Shown here one piece after another: positions 1 through 13,182 of a stretch of 64,000 bases of DNA. Every line of letters begins with the position of its first letter. Position 1 is the stretch's first letter. Location: contig OZ193910.1 of NCBI GenBank assembly GCA_964276515.1, forward strand, positions 5,890,001 through 5,954,000. Direction: 5' to 3'. Position numbers and translations under genes: made by a program. This stretch comes from Gordius albopunctatus. Lineage: Eukaryota. Below the pieces are notes generated by a model that saw only the letters and a list, made by a program, of their open reading frames with translations, made no database searches and was not told the origin of the DNA.

Positions 1-31
1 ATAAAATAATAAAATTATTATAAATATTTAC

Positions 32-1016
32 AACGACGTCACTGGGAGAAGATTCTTCCCGTGAAGTTTTGACCATAACTTGAAAATTGTAAACTGATTT
101 CGCTTCTCTGTCCAATCCGTTAATGGTGCAAATATCACCGCTCTGTTTAATTTCAAAATCGGGCGGCGCGTTTATTAGCTTGTATTTGACGGGGCTTAGG
201 AATGCATCGAAACCGGTGACCTGACCACGTGTATACCACAGTTAAAAGACTTGCAAAATGTTAAAAATAATTTTAATCCAAGTTTTTCTAGACTTAAACA
301 CTAATAAAAAGCCAATTTATTCGCTTAAAATTATAATATGACATATTTTCCAAAATTGCTTTGTTTAATATTGGCGTTTGCTTTATTTTTTGTGGTAGTT
401 TGGTGAAAAAATATCATCAGAGAGGTAGAAACCATATGGGTACTACAGTTTTTAAGAAGCAATCTTTAAAGTCTTAAAATTTAGTGAATCATACTACTAA
501 TAATAATATAATGTTAAAACCTTTTTATAATGTTAAAAGTAAAACCGCACAATTTGAGGCCTTTTTTTTAATGAAGTATGTTAGAGGAATTCATTATTAA
601 ATGAAAAAACACATCCGACTAACAAATCAATAAACTATTTAGCTAAAATTCGAGCCCAAAATTTTTACACGTTTAATATTAGCAAACTATTTTTAAGATA
701 TGATATAAATTTTCACCTCACCTTTAACTCGTTATTCATTGAACTTAAAAAAACACTTTCATTGCTTCCGAAATTTTCAATGATGATAAATGTTTTTAAA
801 TGGAGATATTACATTGTAAAAAATAGCGTCGTTTAAGGTGTAAACCTGTAGAAAACAAATTTTCTCGTTTTCCAAAACACTGGCGGTGTAAGATTTGAGT
901 CCCAAGATGGGAACCGTGGGCCTGTAAATGGCGCCGGCTATTGGATGCTTTAGTGCGATATTACCCGATAAGAAGCAAAGGAATATTAATAGGGATGAAA
1001 TGCCTTGGTGCCTCAT
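32..1016 (-). CDS. Second copy of the cadherin gene, exons 1-2 only (rest lies before the window start)
   Basis: Exons 1016-846 and 220-32 match 35170-35000 and 34374-34186 (offset 34154) and encode the signal peptide and EC1 with LDRE. Confidence 0.85.
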
Positions 1017-1507
1017 TTTATATCACCACATATGCTTTAGAAGATAGGTTAAATCATTAGTCGTGAACATTATTTAATATATTGAATATACATTAATGAC
1101 GTGTAAAATTGCAATAATCAAATGCAGCAATCGTAATGTTAAACAATGATATAATAGAATTTGTTTCCAATAATGGTGTAATGTCGGATTGATAAAATGA
1201 GAGGGTGCAAATGGGTTCAGATATTTCGGTCGTCCAGCAACCATTGTCGATAATTTGAAAAAAAAGAGAGGTAAGGAGGTAAATTACAAATAAGGAGGTA
1301 AATTATGAACGAATGCCGATGTTAAATTAAAAAAGATAAGGGAAATTACAAATGAAGGTATATGTAAGGTGTCGACAAGATTTAATTTGTAAACGAAAGG
1401 GTAATAAAAACCAGTTGAAATAGGAGGGTGAATAATAGCGAACACTGGCTGGAACAAGAGAGTTAATACTTATTGAAATAGTGGGGTAAACAACTTTAAG
1501 ATGAAGG

Positions 1508-1712
1508 ATCGCGAATCAAATAAGAATAACTTTAATTTATATGCCATCTAGGAGGACACATTTTAAATTAAAGAGACTAATTTGACTAAATTATCCCTAC
1601 CTCTTTTACAATGTGACTTGAAAATAAAAACAGATATAATATAACGTTTGTCGCTAATTCAAAATGTGTCCTCCTAGGTTATAAATTAGAGTTACTCATA
1701 TTTGATTCGCGG
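1508..1712. repeat. Foldback/MITE-like inverted repeat upstream of the cadherin start (duplicate at 35662-35866)
   Basis: About 60-bp imperfect arms CGCGAATCAAATA..CTAGGAGGACACATTTT and AAAATGTGTCCTCCTAG..TATTTGATTCGCG. Confidence 0.75.
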
Positions 1713-2158
1713 TTACCACCCGTCATATATCGGGTCCTCTTTATCCCGAACTATTTGCAATCTTTATTTCAACAATATATTATACCATATTTTATACTTT
1801 ATTAAATCAACAAATATATTATAAATTACATTTTCTCATACCTATATATACATCAATAGGTGATGATTAAAAAATAATTCATCATAAAATATTTTTAGTT
1901 AGTCCGTCTTTAGTCAACACAAACAAACTGGAAGGTTTACCCACGCGAGAACATTCCACGTATAGCTGTCCGTGAGAAAAGCATGGTGTGGCAAAATCTA
2001 AGCTAAAAATGGACATCGTTTAATCTTGCGCCTTATTGATTGTCAATGCGAATTCCAATCTAAATGGGAATTTAATGCGTTTGAGTTCAATCTGCACATC
2101 TGTGGGAATCATAGGGATTCGTGGCAGCAGCAACACATGTTAAACTCGGAACAAGAAA

Positions 2159-2765
2159 GGCCCCCTGGCCCTTCAAGCAATTTTTTAAAATTTTTGTAAT
2201 TAAGAAACAATATCATAATTATTTGTTTCTGAATAAAACTTTTAATTCTGTACTTAATAATGTCCGAAGAACTGAGATATATCAACATTTATTGGCACTT
2301 TGTTAAAAGTATTATCATTTTTCTCCTTATTTAACGCGCAAAAAATGATAAAATGAGATTTATTAATTTATTTAGCCACGCAGGAGGAGACACGACCGTC
2401 CTATAATAATAATTGACGTGAAAAATAAGCAAAAAATGACTTTGATTTAATGTTTCAAATCGTAAAAAGTTTCCATTTTCCGCAGCACATGCATACATTT
2501 ATCACACTACACTACCTACACGCATGACGGTTTAAAAAATACTATAAGTGATGATACACTTTTACTAAAGAACTATATATTCAAATTTTTAAAGAACACG
2601 ATAGATACGCATTACGTCATGAGGTTGCGTTTGATTGACATTTTATCAAACGTTAAAACATATAAAACTAAATAACTTGACCGTCTTATCACTACCTAAA
2701 TCGCTCCAGCCGTTTCGAAAGAGTTAAGGACCAAACACCGTGACACGAGAATTTTATATATTAGA
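2159..2765 (-). mobile_element. Helitron-like 5' fragment (duplicate at 36313-36919)
   Basis: 5' end A|TCTAATATATAAAATTCTCGTGTCACGGTG...GAAACGGCTGGAGCGATTT; body homologous to 16097-16560. Confidence 0.65.
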
Positions 2766-3854
2766 TAATAAACAATTTTTTAATAAACGAGCTGATGACG
2801 GTTATAACAGAGAGCAGAGACTCTTGTCTTAAAATATTCATCTAAAGGTATTATTTATTTTTGCCAATGATTTCTCAGAGTCCTTAGTTCAAGTATGTTG
2901 ATGACATGTGCATACAGTTTTTTTGTAATTCGCTGTTTCTTTAATTTACATCATAATTTAATAAATGTGGAAAATTTTGATAATATTAATTTTTTTTAAA
3001 ATTTTTATAAGTCGAGACATCTTGAGATTTCTTGTCGAGATAAGACAAGACTGAGATTTTTAGGCCGAAACAAGATTGAGATTTTCATAATGACACCTGA
3101 AACGATAGGAGATTTTGCTTTTGAAACGGAGACGAGATCAAAACACTATAAATATTAGTTATTATCGAAGAGTAAAAGGGGATAATAAGCGTAGGCAAAG
3201 GTTTAAGGGAGGGACTAATTATGAACAAAAAACTAAGTTCAAAATCAAATCGTTTACTAAATTTTTATTATAAAAAGAAAATCAATGAGTTAACGGTAGA
3301 ATCTCGGTCTCGCCTCGTCTCTTATCAAAATTTTGTATTTTAAATAGAAAATGTTATTTTTATTAAATAGTTCATGACTTTATTTGTCAATGACATGTCG
3401 CACTAAATCTTTTTCAAGTTTGTGTATTAAAGTTTTTCCAAAATTTATCACATTGTAATAAATCAAGAAATTTTTTTGTTTATTATAAAAAATTTACAAA
3501 AAAGTGGAGAAAATTCGAGAATTCTCGTAAAGACGAGACCAAGATTTTCCTAGACCGAGACGAGACGAGATCGTGCTGTTGAGATCGAGACGAGATGAAA
3601 TCGAAACAATAGTTAACGGAGGATAAAATTAGAAAATGGCAATGTGAAAATATATATTTGGCTCTCGCCATGGGCGTAGCCGAAATTTGATAAAATTTAT
3701 TAAAATTATCTCTAGAATTTCAAAAAATTATCATTTTGCTCCTCCCTAAATCATTATTGCTCCCCCCCCCTATTCCAACACTGACAACGCCCATGAATTT
3801 TAGTCACTTTACGCCTATCTACTATTAAACACGTGGCTTTGTCAAATTCCTCTC

Positions 3855-4430
3855 ATGAACGAAGAAGTTAGCGCTAACCTCATGTCTAACAAAGAAGTGA
3901 CTCCCGCCTCAGATTATGCAGATAAACTGCGAATATGGCTTTATAATTATTCAATGTATGAGTTAAGATTATATATTGTCTAGAATTTTTAAATAATTAT
4001 GTATTCTGCAATGTTTTTATACATATGTGCTATTTAGGGCTCAACATTGGAATAATATGCACAATTATCAATTATACCAAAGTTATCTAGCCTATAACTG
4101 TTATCATATGTCAATTTTTCAAAACCAGAAATCAAATATAACTAGTCCAAATACCTTTACCACAGTTAATACATTTAATCCCTTAACTCATTCACAAAAT
4201 TTGATAATCAATAGAGGTACATATATTTGGAAAACAATATTTAATTTAACTTTGTTTAAATTTTATTATATGATTTTAATAATATTGATTTTTTGTCATT
4301 TTATGATAGGTCATATTTATAAAGTGGGAAGTATAAGCAAGAGATTTTTTGCAGAAACAATTGATTTTTTGGTTCTTTTATTGATAAAGATATTAATAAC
4401 ATATCTTTTTGCAAGTTATTTTGACATCAT
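3855..4430 (+). pseudogene. FAM8A1: Truncated duplicate of FAM8A1 (exons 1-3 only)
   Basis: Exons 3855-3955, 4038-4216, 4310-4430 match the full copy; I found no exons 4-6 between 4430 and 25311 because the duplicated block ends at 14517 within intron 3. Confidence 0.75.
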
Positions 4431-7159
4431 GTAAGTTTGTTTGTTTTGTTTTAAACAATTAAAAATATTTTTATTATAAATTTAAAATTTTTGGCTTATT
4501 TATTTAAATTGTTTAAATAATTAATTTGTACCATCTGATCAGGACACTAAGTTTTTCTTCATCTAAATCATAAAGTGATAAATATGTCATATATTTAATA
4601 AATTCTATTGTTCTGCATTTTTTAATAATCAATAGGATATATGATTGTTATTTTAAATGGAACAATATAATTTTTTTTTGAAATATCTTATTAAACAAAT
4701 GATTTTCTTTGTTATCAACTTATTTTTTTGTGAAAATCTAGTACATGAGAACATTTATGGGGTGCAATTTTTACACCAAAGCTTTTAAACCATTTATTTT
4801 TAACACATTATTAAGCTATAAATGTAGGGCTATACTTATCTTCCAGAAGCTGACTGTTTTTTATCTTTTATAAAAAAATCCTCAGACATTCTTAAGGATT
4901 CCTTGAACCAACAAGCATATAAAGGGCCCAGCTTTAATAAGCAAAACACCAATTGATTTCTTGATTATTATTCCTGATTAGCTTTCCATGAATTTACCTT
5001 GTGACATTAACACTATCTTGGCCGTAACCTGGGGCCGTCCCCCCCCCTAACGTTTTACTGTAAAAGGTAGACCCCTGCACGGGTCGGGGATTTTGGGGTG
5101 GTTTCGGGAAAATAACACAGGTATACAAAAAAATCAACTGGAAAACGGTTAACATACTTTTATATAGTTTTTTGTGATGAACATGATAATGTTTTTCATT
5201 TTTTTCCTATACGTCAAGTTTTTTAAATAATTGAGTTAAGATTTGCGAAAATAAGCGTTTTTGCTCCTTTTTGAAGGTGTATACCAAGAAAACAAATTGA
5301 CAAAAATTTGAAAAATTATGTTTCATCTCTAATTGATAAGCTAAATATCTCACCTATATATCAATAAATAGTAACATTCATATAGATTACTTGTTTAGGA
5401 CATAGACCTAAATAGAGTTTCGAGCCTTTAATGAGGTAATCAGCCAATTTTTGTTCTTGGTCCGTGTTTAAAACAACTCTTGTTTTTTTCTCTTCGGCAA
5501 AATTTTCTCTTTTCTTAAACCTTTTGTGTTATTTTTTAATTGTAGTGTAACTTAAATTAGTTTCCTTAGCAATTTTTTTCAGTTTAACATTGTTTTTGAA
5601 ATTGTAATTTTTCATCATAAGGCACAATATTTGTTTTTCGATTAATAATGAATGAGTGAAAAGGAAACGATAGCCCCAGCGTGGTCATCACACTTTAAGT
5701 TCTGCTTATAGATGATTAAACTCGTCAAAAGTATAAATTTACACATAAATATAATAAAAGAGTCAATACTTATTTATTTAGTATATGTTTAAAGTTAGTG
5801 GAACATGTAATTTTTGAATAATTGACAAAATTCGAAATTTAGAAAAGGTCGTTTTAGCACCGAAAAATCTTACTTTCTGAATAATTTTTTTGTAAAATAA
5901 GTTAACACAAATATTTTTTTGCTTAAAATGTGCGATTTAGCCATAAAAAATTAAATTGTTTTGGAAAAAAAACTAAAAATAATTTTTCCATATTTTTTGT
6001 TAAAATCTATTTTTAAGGACTATTTTTACTATAAGAAAAAAAATTTGGAGGAAAATAAGTAATAGTTTTTTCATAAATTAAGTTCAAAAAAATGAAAATC
6101 CTAAATTTTTTAAAAGTTCTCGGCGTTACATGGGCATAGCCAGCATTTAAATTAGAGGGGGCAAAAGCTATTTAGAAACTTTTCACAGTTTTAGCTGTAA
6201 TTTTGTAAAATTCTTGCATTTTTTTAGATTTAGAGGATGGCAGTTGTCATCCCCTGGTTATGCCCATGCTGATATATGTATAATCTTATATAAGCAAAGA
6301 TATTTAAATATATATTAGAATATGGACATGATTTAAAATTACTTTATTAATATAAAACAGGTATCATTAATTTGCTACTACTAAAAAATACAAAAAATAT
6401 GTTGAAAATTATTATAATTTTTATATTACTTTTAAATTAAGGTTTGTATGTATCCTAAAATATAAAATTAATGCAGCATTAAATGAAATTACCAACAATT
6501 TCTTTTTCCCATCTCAAATCTAGCTTTTTTATAGGTAATAAATCTGAAATCTAATTTTTAAATTATACATGCCAGCATACTTAAAATAGAATTTGATTAT
6601 TATAAAAATGTAGACATGAATCATGAAATACTTTATTAGTACAAAACAGGTATATATAAATTTCCTATATTGCTGTTAAAAAATACAAATAATTGGTAAA
6701 TATATATTATTTTGAGTAAACACTATCTTCATATTCTCTCTTTGCAAGGGGCAATTTATCAAAAGATTCCTTCTCAGAATTTCATGTAAAAATCTTGATT
6801 ATATATATAATAGTTCTTACCAATCATGGGCGTAGCCAAATTTTGGATTAGGGGGGGGGTGCCCCGCTCCTTGCTACGCCCATGTGGGGTTAGTCATAGC
6901 CTTATTCAGAGGATAAAATATCCCATTATATTAAACAACTTTAACAATGTCCAACATATTTTAACAACTCAAATTAATAAAAATTATATTTTATTGTGAA
7001 AAGTAAACAGATTACAAACATGATATAGTTCTTTTTTATGATTTCTACAAATAAAAAATGGATCAAAGCCACGTGCCCATAACAAACACACTCTACCTAC
7101 ATTGAAACCAATCCTCACTCTAGCATGAGGAATTATAGTTTAGGATTAAAATTTATATC

Positions 7160-7580
7160 CATGCCTTTACAGAAATACTACCTTTTATCTGTTGATTCCT
7201 AGATGCAAATGACTCCTGGGAAGTTATTTAAAATATTTGACATACCAAGAGTAATAAATGAAGTGCTCCCTAAGGCAGCATCCACTCTTAACATTTTCAA
7301 AGGATTCCAATTATATGGGATATGGCCTATCCAAAAGTTTTTCATGGTGAACTACAAATCAATTATTTTTAATGGCAACTTTTCAACCAACTCAAATTCA
7401 CGCTATTAATGAGGATCAAGTAGTTTCTGGTGATATATAAACGTTCAGTGAATTTAATTAGAAAATTATTAGTCACCATCCAATAATATCTATAATTGCT
7501 TCCAAGAGGCAGCAGACCTCCACCATCTTAATTTCATCACCACACATAAGAAATTAGGGGAGACAGAGGACTAAATAGCC
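7160..7580 (+). mobile_element. pogo/Tigger-like 3' remnant (duplicate at about 41315-41735)
   Basis: EVLPKAASTLNIFKGFQLYGIWP, similar to 9793-10104 and 50721-51044. Confidence 0.7.
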
Positions 7581-7759
7581 ATAAAAAATTAAATCACTTA
7601 AAAAAATAAAGAATTTTTTTAAATTTTATACTGGAATACATTTTTATAGTCTATTCCTAATATAGGAAAGAAAATTGAAAGAAAAGAGCTTATAGTTTTT
7701 TATTAATTGAGTTCAAAAAAATCAAAATCTTAGAAATTTTAAAAGTGCCAACTGTTAGT

Positions 7760-8500
7760 TATAGCTTCCCTGCCTCTCTTATCTTCTTTTTATAAAGGGA
7801 GATGATGTCAAAATTGCTGACTGTTTTTGTCTTTTGGATGCCTTTTTAATAAATTTAAAATAAGCCATAATGACTTCTGGGTTAAAATTATTATCAGATG
7901 AACCAAACATAGTGCTGATATTTGTATTAGTTCATTTGTTTTATTAGGTTCAGTCTATCATCTGTAAAAAATAATGGATGGGAAGTTTCATCATGAAAAA
8001 TGAGAGGATTTAATGGCCAAATCCTTCTCAATCTTCAAATTGGTGGCAGCTCTGGGAAGTATTTCTTTTACTAACCCAGTAATCATAAAAAGTGAAATTT
8101 CTACCATAATGACTTTTCTCATCCATGCATCCAGAACAGAATTATAATATTTTTAGGGGCCAAAAATAGAAACATCTAAAGGTTGCATTAAGAGTTCTAT
8201 GACATTCTCATCACAACAATTTATAATATCCAGAGAATAGTGTGAGGCATGGTTGTCTAGTATTAAAAGCACCCATTTTAATTTTGTTGGTTTACTATTG
8301 CTTATAAAGTGATTCAAAAAGATTATAAAATCTTCTTTAGTCATCCAGCCTGATCCATTAGAGATGCCTACACAACCCGTAGGCCCATATCTAAGCTAAT
8401 GAGCATAGAATTTTATTCTTGGGTAGATAAACATGGGAGGAATGATATTTCCTAAAGCATTGGCTGCTATAGCAACTGTCATCATAGCCCCTCTTTCCCC
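7760..8500 (-). mobile_element. pogo/Tigger-like transposase remnant (duplicate at about 41915-42655)
   Basis: NGSGWMTKEDF, LLILDNHASH, QPLDVSIFGP; boundaries approximate. Confidence 0.8.
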
Positions 8501-8795
8501 ATTATTGCAACAAGATCCACGTGCTTTTGTAATGTTTTGTATTTAAACTTAATAAACCTTTGATTAAAAGAAATTAAATTCCTAAATTAACAAAATTATG
8601 ACCACACACATTGTTTAAAATGCCTTTTCTATTGTTTACAATTTTGACATATAAAAAATATCATTATTGCAACAAGATCCATGTGCTTTTGTAATGTTTT
8701 GTATTTAAGCTTAATAAACCTTTGATTAAAAGAAATTAAATTCCTAAATTAACAAAATTATGACCACACACATTGTTTAAAATGCTTTTTCTATT
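8501..8795. repeat. Local direct repeat, about 132 bp x2 with 162-bp spacing
   Basis: ATTATTGCAACAAGATCCA...TTTTCTATT at 8501 and 8663. Confidence 0.85.
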
Positions 8796-8814
8796 TAATA
8801 ATTTCACTTAGAAC

Positions 8815-9844
8815 TAGTGCTGTAAACATTTGTAAAAAAATCGAACGCGTTCAACGTTCATTGACAAAAATTGAACGCGTTCACGTTCGTTCAAAATTTT
8901 ATGATACATTTTTTTAAAGTTTAATTTAATATAAATAAATGTCTTATATTTTTTAATACAATAAATAGCCGTGATAAAAAATAATAGTTTTATTTCGACA
9001 ATATAATTATAAATCAATATAATCTATTTTCTTATTTATTTTTAATAATAATTGTTTTTCAAAATTGTCTTCTGATAAGCAGGAACGCTTGGCAGTTAAT
9101 ACAGCATTAGCTATACTAAAAACCTGCTCCACAGGGGCAGATGAGGGGATTGGAGTATTATACTTAATAAACAAATTTTTTAAAGGAGGAAATTTGTTAA
9201 AAACTTTTAATGTTTTGTCCCTCGCTTCAAAAAATTGCGACAAGATATCATCCTCCAGTGCGCCCTCTACTTCCTCGCCAAAAAATGATATCTCGGAATT
9301 GACAGCTCTTTCATTATCAATTCTAGGGGTTTCAATCCCTTTTTTCAATAACACTAAAAGTTTATTCTTTATAGGTTCATTTTAATTATTGAATTTGATC
9401 TTTTATATGAAACGAATGAAAAATATTTTTCATATTTTGGCCATGGCAATTTCAATTCATCTGCTGATTTTGAATATTCAGAATCTGAAGATGACGACGA
9501 TATAATATTATGATTGTCCATATTAACCTATAAATTGAACTATAATTAATAATATCAAACTAATTAAATTTAATCTTATCTTCTTTTGCATGTTATAGTA
9601 TGTTAAAAGTATTTCGGAATTGGTAATAGGAAACAGGAAAAACAGCTGATTTAAAAATATAATACTTTTTTGTTAAAAATTCGGATTGACATTAATTTTC
9701 AAATAAATAAAAACAAAAAAGGGTTTTTAAAATTGAACGAACGTTAAATTCGAACGCGTTCATCAAAAAAGGAACGCGTTCACGTTCAAAGTTCACCAAA
9801 AAATTATAGAACGCCGTTCATGAACGCGTTCACTTACAGCACTA
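8815..9844 (-). mobile_element. Internally deleted hAT element retaining the C-terminal dimerization domain
   Basis: TIR TAGTGCTGTAA/TTACAGCACTA; TSD CTTAGAAC/CTTATAAC; GAACGCGTTC subterminal palindromes; KYNTPIPSSAPVEQVFS. Confidence 0.88.
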
Positions 9845-9852
9845 CTTATAAC

Positions 9853-10224
9853 TGATTGAGAAGTTATCATTAAAAATGATCGATTAGTAGTTTCATTGTT
9901 AAACACTTTTGGATTAAAAGGCCATATTCCACATGATTCAAATCCTTTTTGAATGTTAAGAGTTGATGATGCCTTCGGGAGCACTTCCTTTATGACTCCT
10001 GGGATGTCATAAACTGTGAATGACTTACCAGGATTCATTCGCATCCATGAATCCACAGAAGAATTATAATATTTCCTAAATGGCCCAAAGACTGCTACAT
10101 CCAAAGGTTGTAGCTTATGTGTGCAGTGGGGGGGGGGGTACGGTCCACAGATCTATTCCATGTTCATGGCAGAGATCTATCACTTCAAGGTTGTCAAGGA
10201 TTAATAAGACTTTTTTCTGTTTAC
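9853..10224 (-). mobile_element. pogo/Tigger-like DDE transposase fragment (duplicate at about 44008-44380)
   Basis: KKVLLILDN, PPHCTHKLQPLDVAVFGPF, KGFESCGIWPFNP; bounded by the hAT and CRE-like insertions. Confidence 0.85.
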
Positions 10225-13182
10225 TTTTTTTTTGTTTGTTAAAAAGTTTATTTTCAAGAAACAAAGTTACATTAATAAGCGAAATACAAAAATAAAGACA
10301 TAATGGTTAAATACAAAGATCTATATCATTCTCTTCCAAAATGGGCCATGAGTCGGCAAAGGATTTAAAGTTGTATCGTGCAACAAGAATCCCTAGTTGT
10401 TGCCTGAGTAAAAAGGACGGAGAAATTTTAGATTTCGGGGTGCGTTTTCCGATTTCTTTAAAAAACCCCATTGCCTGTTTGCCAAAGGAACCAGAGCACG
10501 TGGCAACGACAGGGATAAAAATATTGGATGCCAAAAGGGCAGAATACTTTGTAGTTTTACGCCCTTCTTCTGTAGCGATAGGGTCGTAATTAAAATGGAT
10601 AGGGGCAAAAAGGTCAGTACAAGTAAAATCCCATTTGAGGGATAGGCCATTTTGCCAGGGGACTAGAGAAGAGCCGTCAGGGTGCATCCTACCTTCAAGA
10701 GAGGGATCTGACGGCTCAAGGATTGAGGGGATTTTGGCCTTTTTACGGGCAGCTTGAATTATTAAAATTAGCTTTAGTGTGCCTAACATATTTATATTTG
10801 TTTGCTAGGCAGTGTAGAGGGTGCCTAGCATATTCGTCTATAACGGTAAGGCAATTTTGACAGTTGAATTCTCTGCTGTAACTAATCCCCAACCTTAAAG
10901 CTATGGAATATGATAGCTCAAAGTCTTCAAGCAGCATTCCCAAAAGTTTGCTGGGATAGGCTTCAAGCCACTCGTGACCGGAACCGTCAAAAGCGAGGGA
11001 CCTAAGGTTGTAATGCTGGCTATCATCGCTCCTCGATAAAAGGTAATCAACGGAGCGCGATACTAGTCCAGAATCCCAATACTTTTGTCTCGTACTTTGA
11101 GGTTGAATGGTCTCGGGTGTGACATTCAAATTCCAAAGCTCCAAGGCTTGAGTTAGCAGGGGGTCGGAGTCATGTTTTATGAGATTAAAAATTAAGTTTT
11201 GGACCGACTTAAAAGAGGAAATAAAAGCGGCTAGCGATATGCTGCCGGGGGGCGAATTCTTAATCCTCCAGATTTGGTTGGGAGGTATGCTTGAATCCAA
11301 TTGTTAATATTAAATTTTAAATTTTTTTTAATAAAGTTTTTAAAAAGCCTTCGTACGACTTTAAAACGTCTGGGTGTAAAAATGCGCCAGATGAGCGAAA
11401 ACAATGATTAATCTTTGAGATGTTAAAATAGTTTTTGATTATGTAAAATGAGTGATGCGCTGGCAAGCATTTTAAAAGTTCCGTTTTAGATTTTAAAATT
11501 TCAAGGTTCTTATGAAGAAAATTTAAGAGAGATTTTTCACCGCCAATGGGTTATCCCAAAAGGGATGTGTTTTCTTTCTCTAAAACTAAAAAAGTTTTAA
11601 AAATTGGAAAGTAAATTTCACATTTTTTCGAGTTTAATTTAAGATTTAGAGTGGGTTCAAAATTGTTGATAATTTGTATAGCTTTACTGATCTCCTCCGG
11701 GTGGCCACTTAGGGTGGCGTCGTCGAGATACCAAACATTTAAATCCAGGGTACACTGAGATGATATAGCCTCGACTAAATAATGAATGGCTAAACAAAAC
11801 AAAGGAGGGCCTAATGGATCTCCTTGTTGGATGCCTTCGGACGAGTCAATGACGTATTCGCCGAATCGAAGCTAATAAAATGTAATTTAGGAATTGTGGG
11901 AATTCAGCTAAAAAATTGTTAATAGGGGTTTCTCTTCGAATGCTGTTGAAAGCTTTGGCAAAATCTAATTTAACAAAGCAGGACTCGGTAGGAATATTTT
12001 GAAGTGTGATCCGGCCAGCATGGCTGGCTGCCTCACATCCGCCTTTAATTCCGAACCCTAGTTGATGAGGGCGGAGCTTGGCGGATAAGGAGGGTTTTAT
12101 GAGTTTGCAGAGGGTTCTTGATATAATACGGCGAAAAAGACTTCCAATGGCAATGGGTCTAACTGAATTATCTGGTTTTTTGATGGCGATAAGTTTTGCA
12201 CCGAATAAAATAGGGGTGATTTCATGAGGAAATTTTCCATTAACAATGATATTACAAAAATAAGTAATAGAATTTAAAAGAGGTTCAGTATTTAAATTAT
12301 TCAAGTTGAGTAAATCTTGTATATATACTGGGCGCCATCCGTCGAGTCCGCCTGCGGAGTCCAAAGGAAAGGAGTTAAGGGCTTCACGGATGTCTGAAGA
12401 CTCGAGCACTATTTATGATGTAGATGTGGGGTATTTACTGGCTAAGGATGCTGGTGGGAGTTTTTGATTAAGCTCCCTATAAGAGTCAGGGCAACAAGGG
12501 GCAATTGAGTTGTTATCATAAAAAGCTCTAAGGGCACTTTTTGGGTTGAAATTATGGATTTTATTTGAAATGTGCTTGGCTGTTTGGTTAATTGTGGGAT
12601 CATCAGTATTAAAACACAGAAGGGATTCCTTGATGAGGCTTGATAAATTATGTTCATTAGGTTCCCTAACATAAAGGATATAATATGGGAATTTAAAAAG
12701 TTTGTCCCAATTGGTTAAGTTATAAGGGTTTTTGATAATGGAAGTGAATATATTTAGCAGAGATTGTTGGATGGAAGGTCTGGCTCCTCTTGGGATTCTA
12801 GAGATAGTATTAGGAAATGGATTTGTTAAAAACGAATTGCTCCAAGATGAGTCAGGCGGCTGATTAATTGATGGGGAGCATTGTAAGGATGGGGAGATGA
12901 CGGGGCTAGGGATTGGCAATAGGGGAGCCTCTTCAAAGTTAGAAGCCAGGGGTGGAATTGGTAACCAGGGTGGAGGTAATTTGCCCTAAGAATGGCATCT
13001 TGAAGACACTGGGCCATGAATCCAGAAACAGTTGTGTTTATCAAGGCATATTCGTCGCTTACAAGTTGGGCATAGGGGTTTAGAGATTAACATATGTGGA
13101 ATAAAAAAACCTTGATGAGGTTGAACAATTAAAATTAAAGTTGGGATTATTTTAAATTTTAAAGCTGTATGATTTATAAGAA
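10225..13182 (-). mobile_element. Decayed CRE-clade-like non-LTR retrotransposon (RT plus restriction-like endonuclease)
   Basis: GLDGWRP, RPIAIG, QLGFG..GGCEA, KLDFAxAFNSI, QQGDPLGP, WYLDD, CQNC..HPLHC..RH, PDG..WDFTC..KY; AATAAA and A-rich tail near 10225-10252; many frameshifts; 5' end cut by RTE. Confidence 0.85.
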
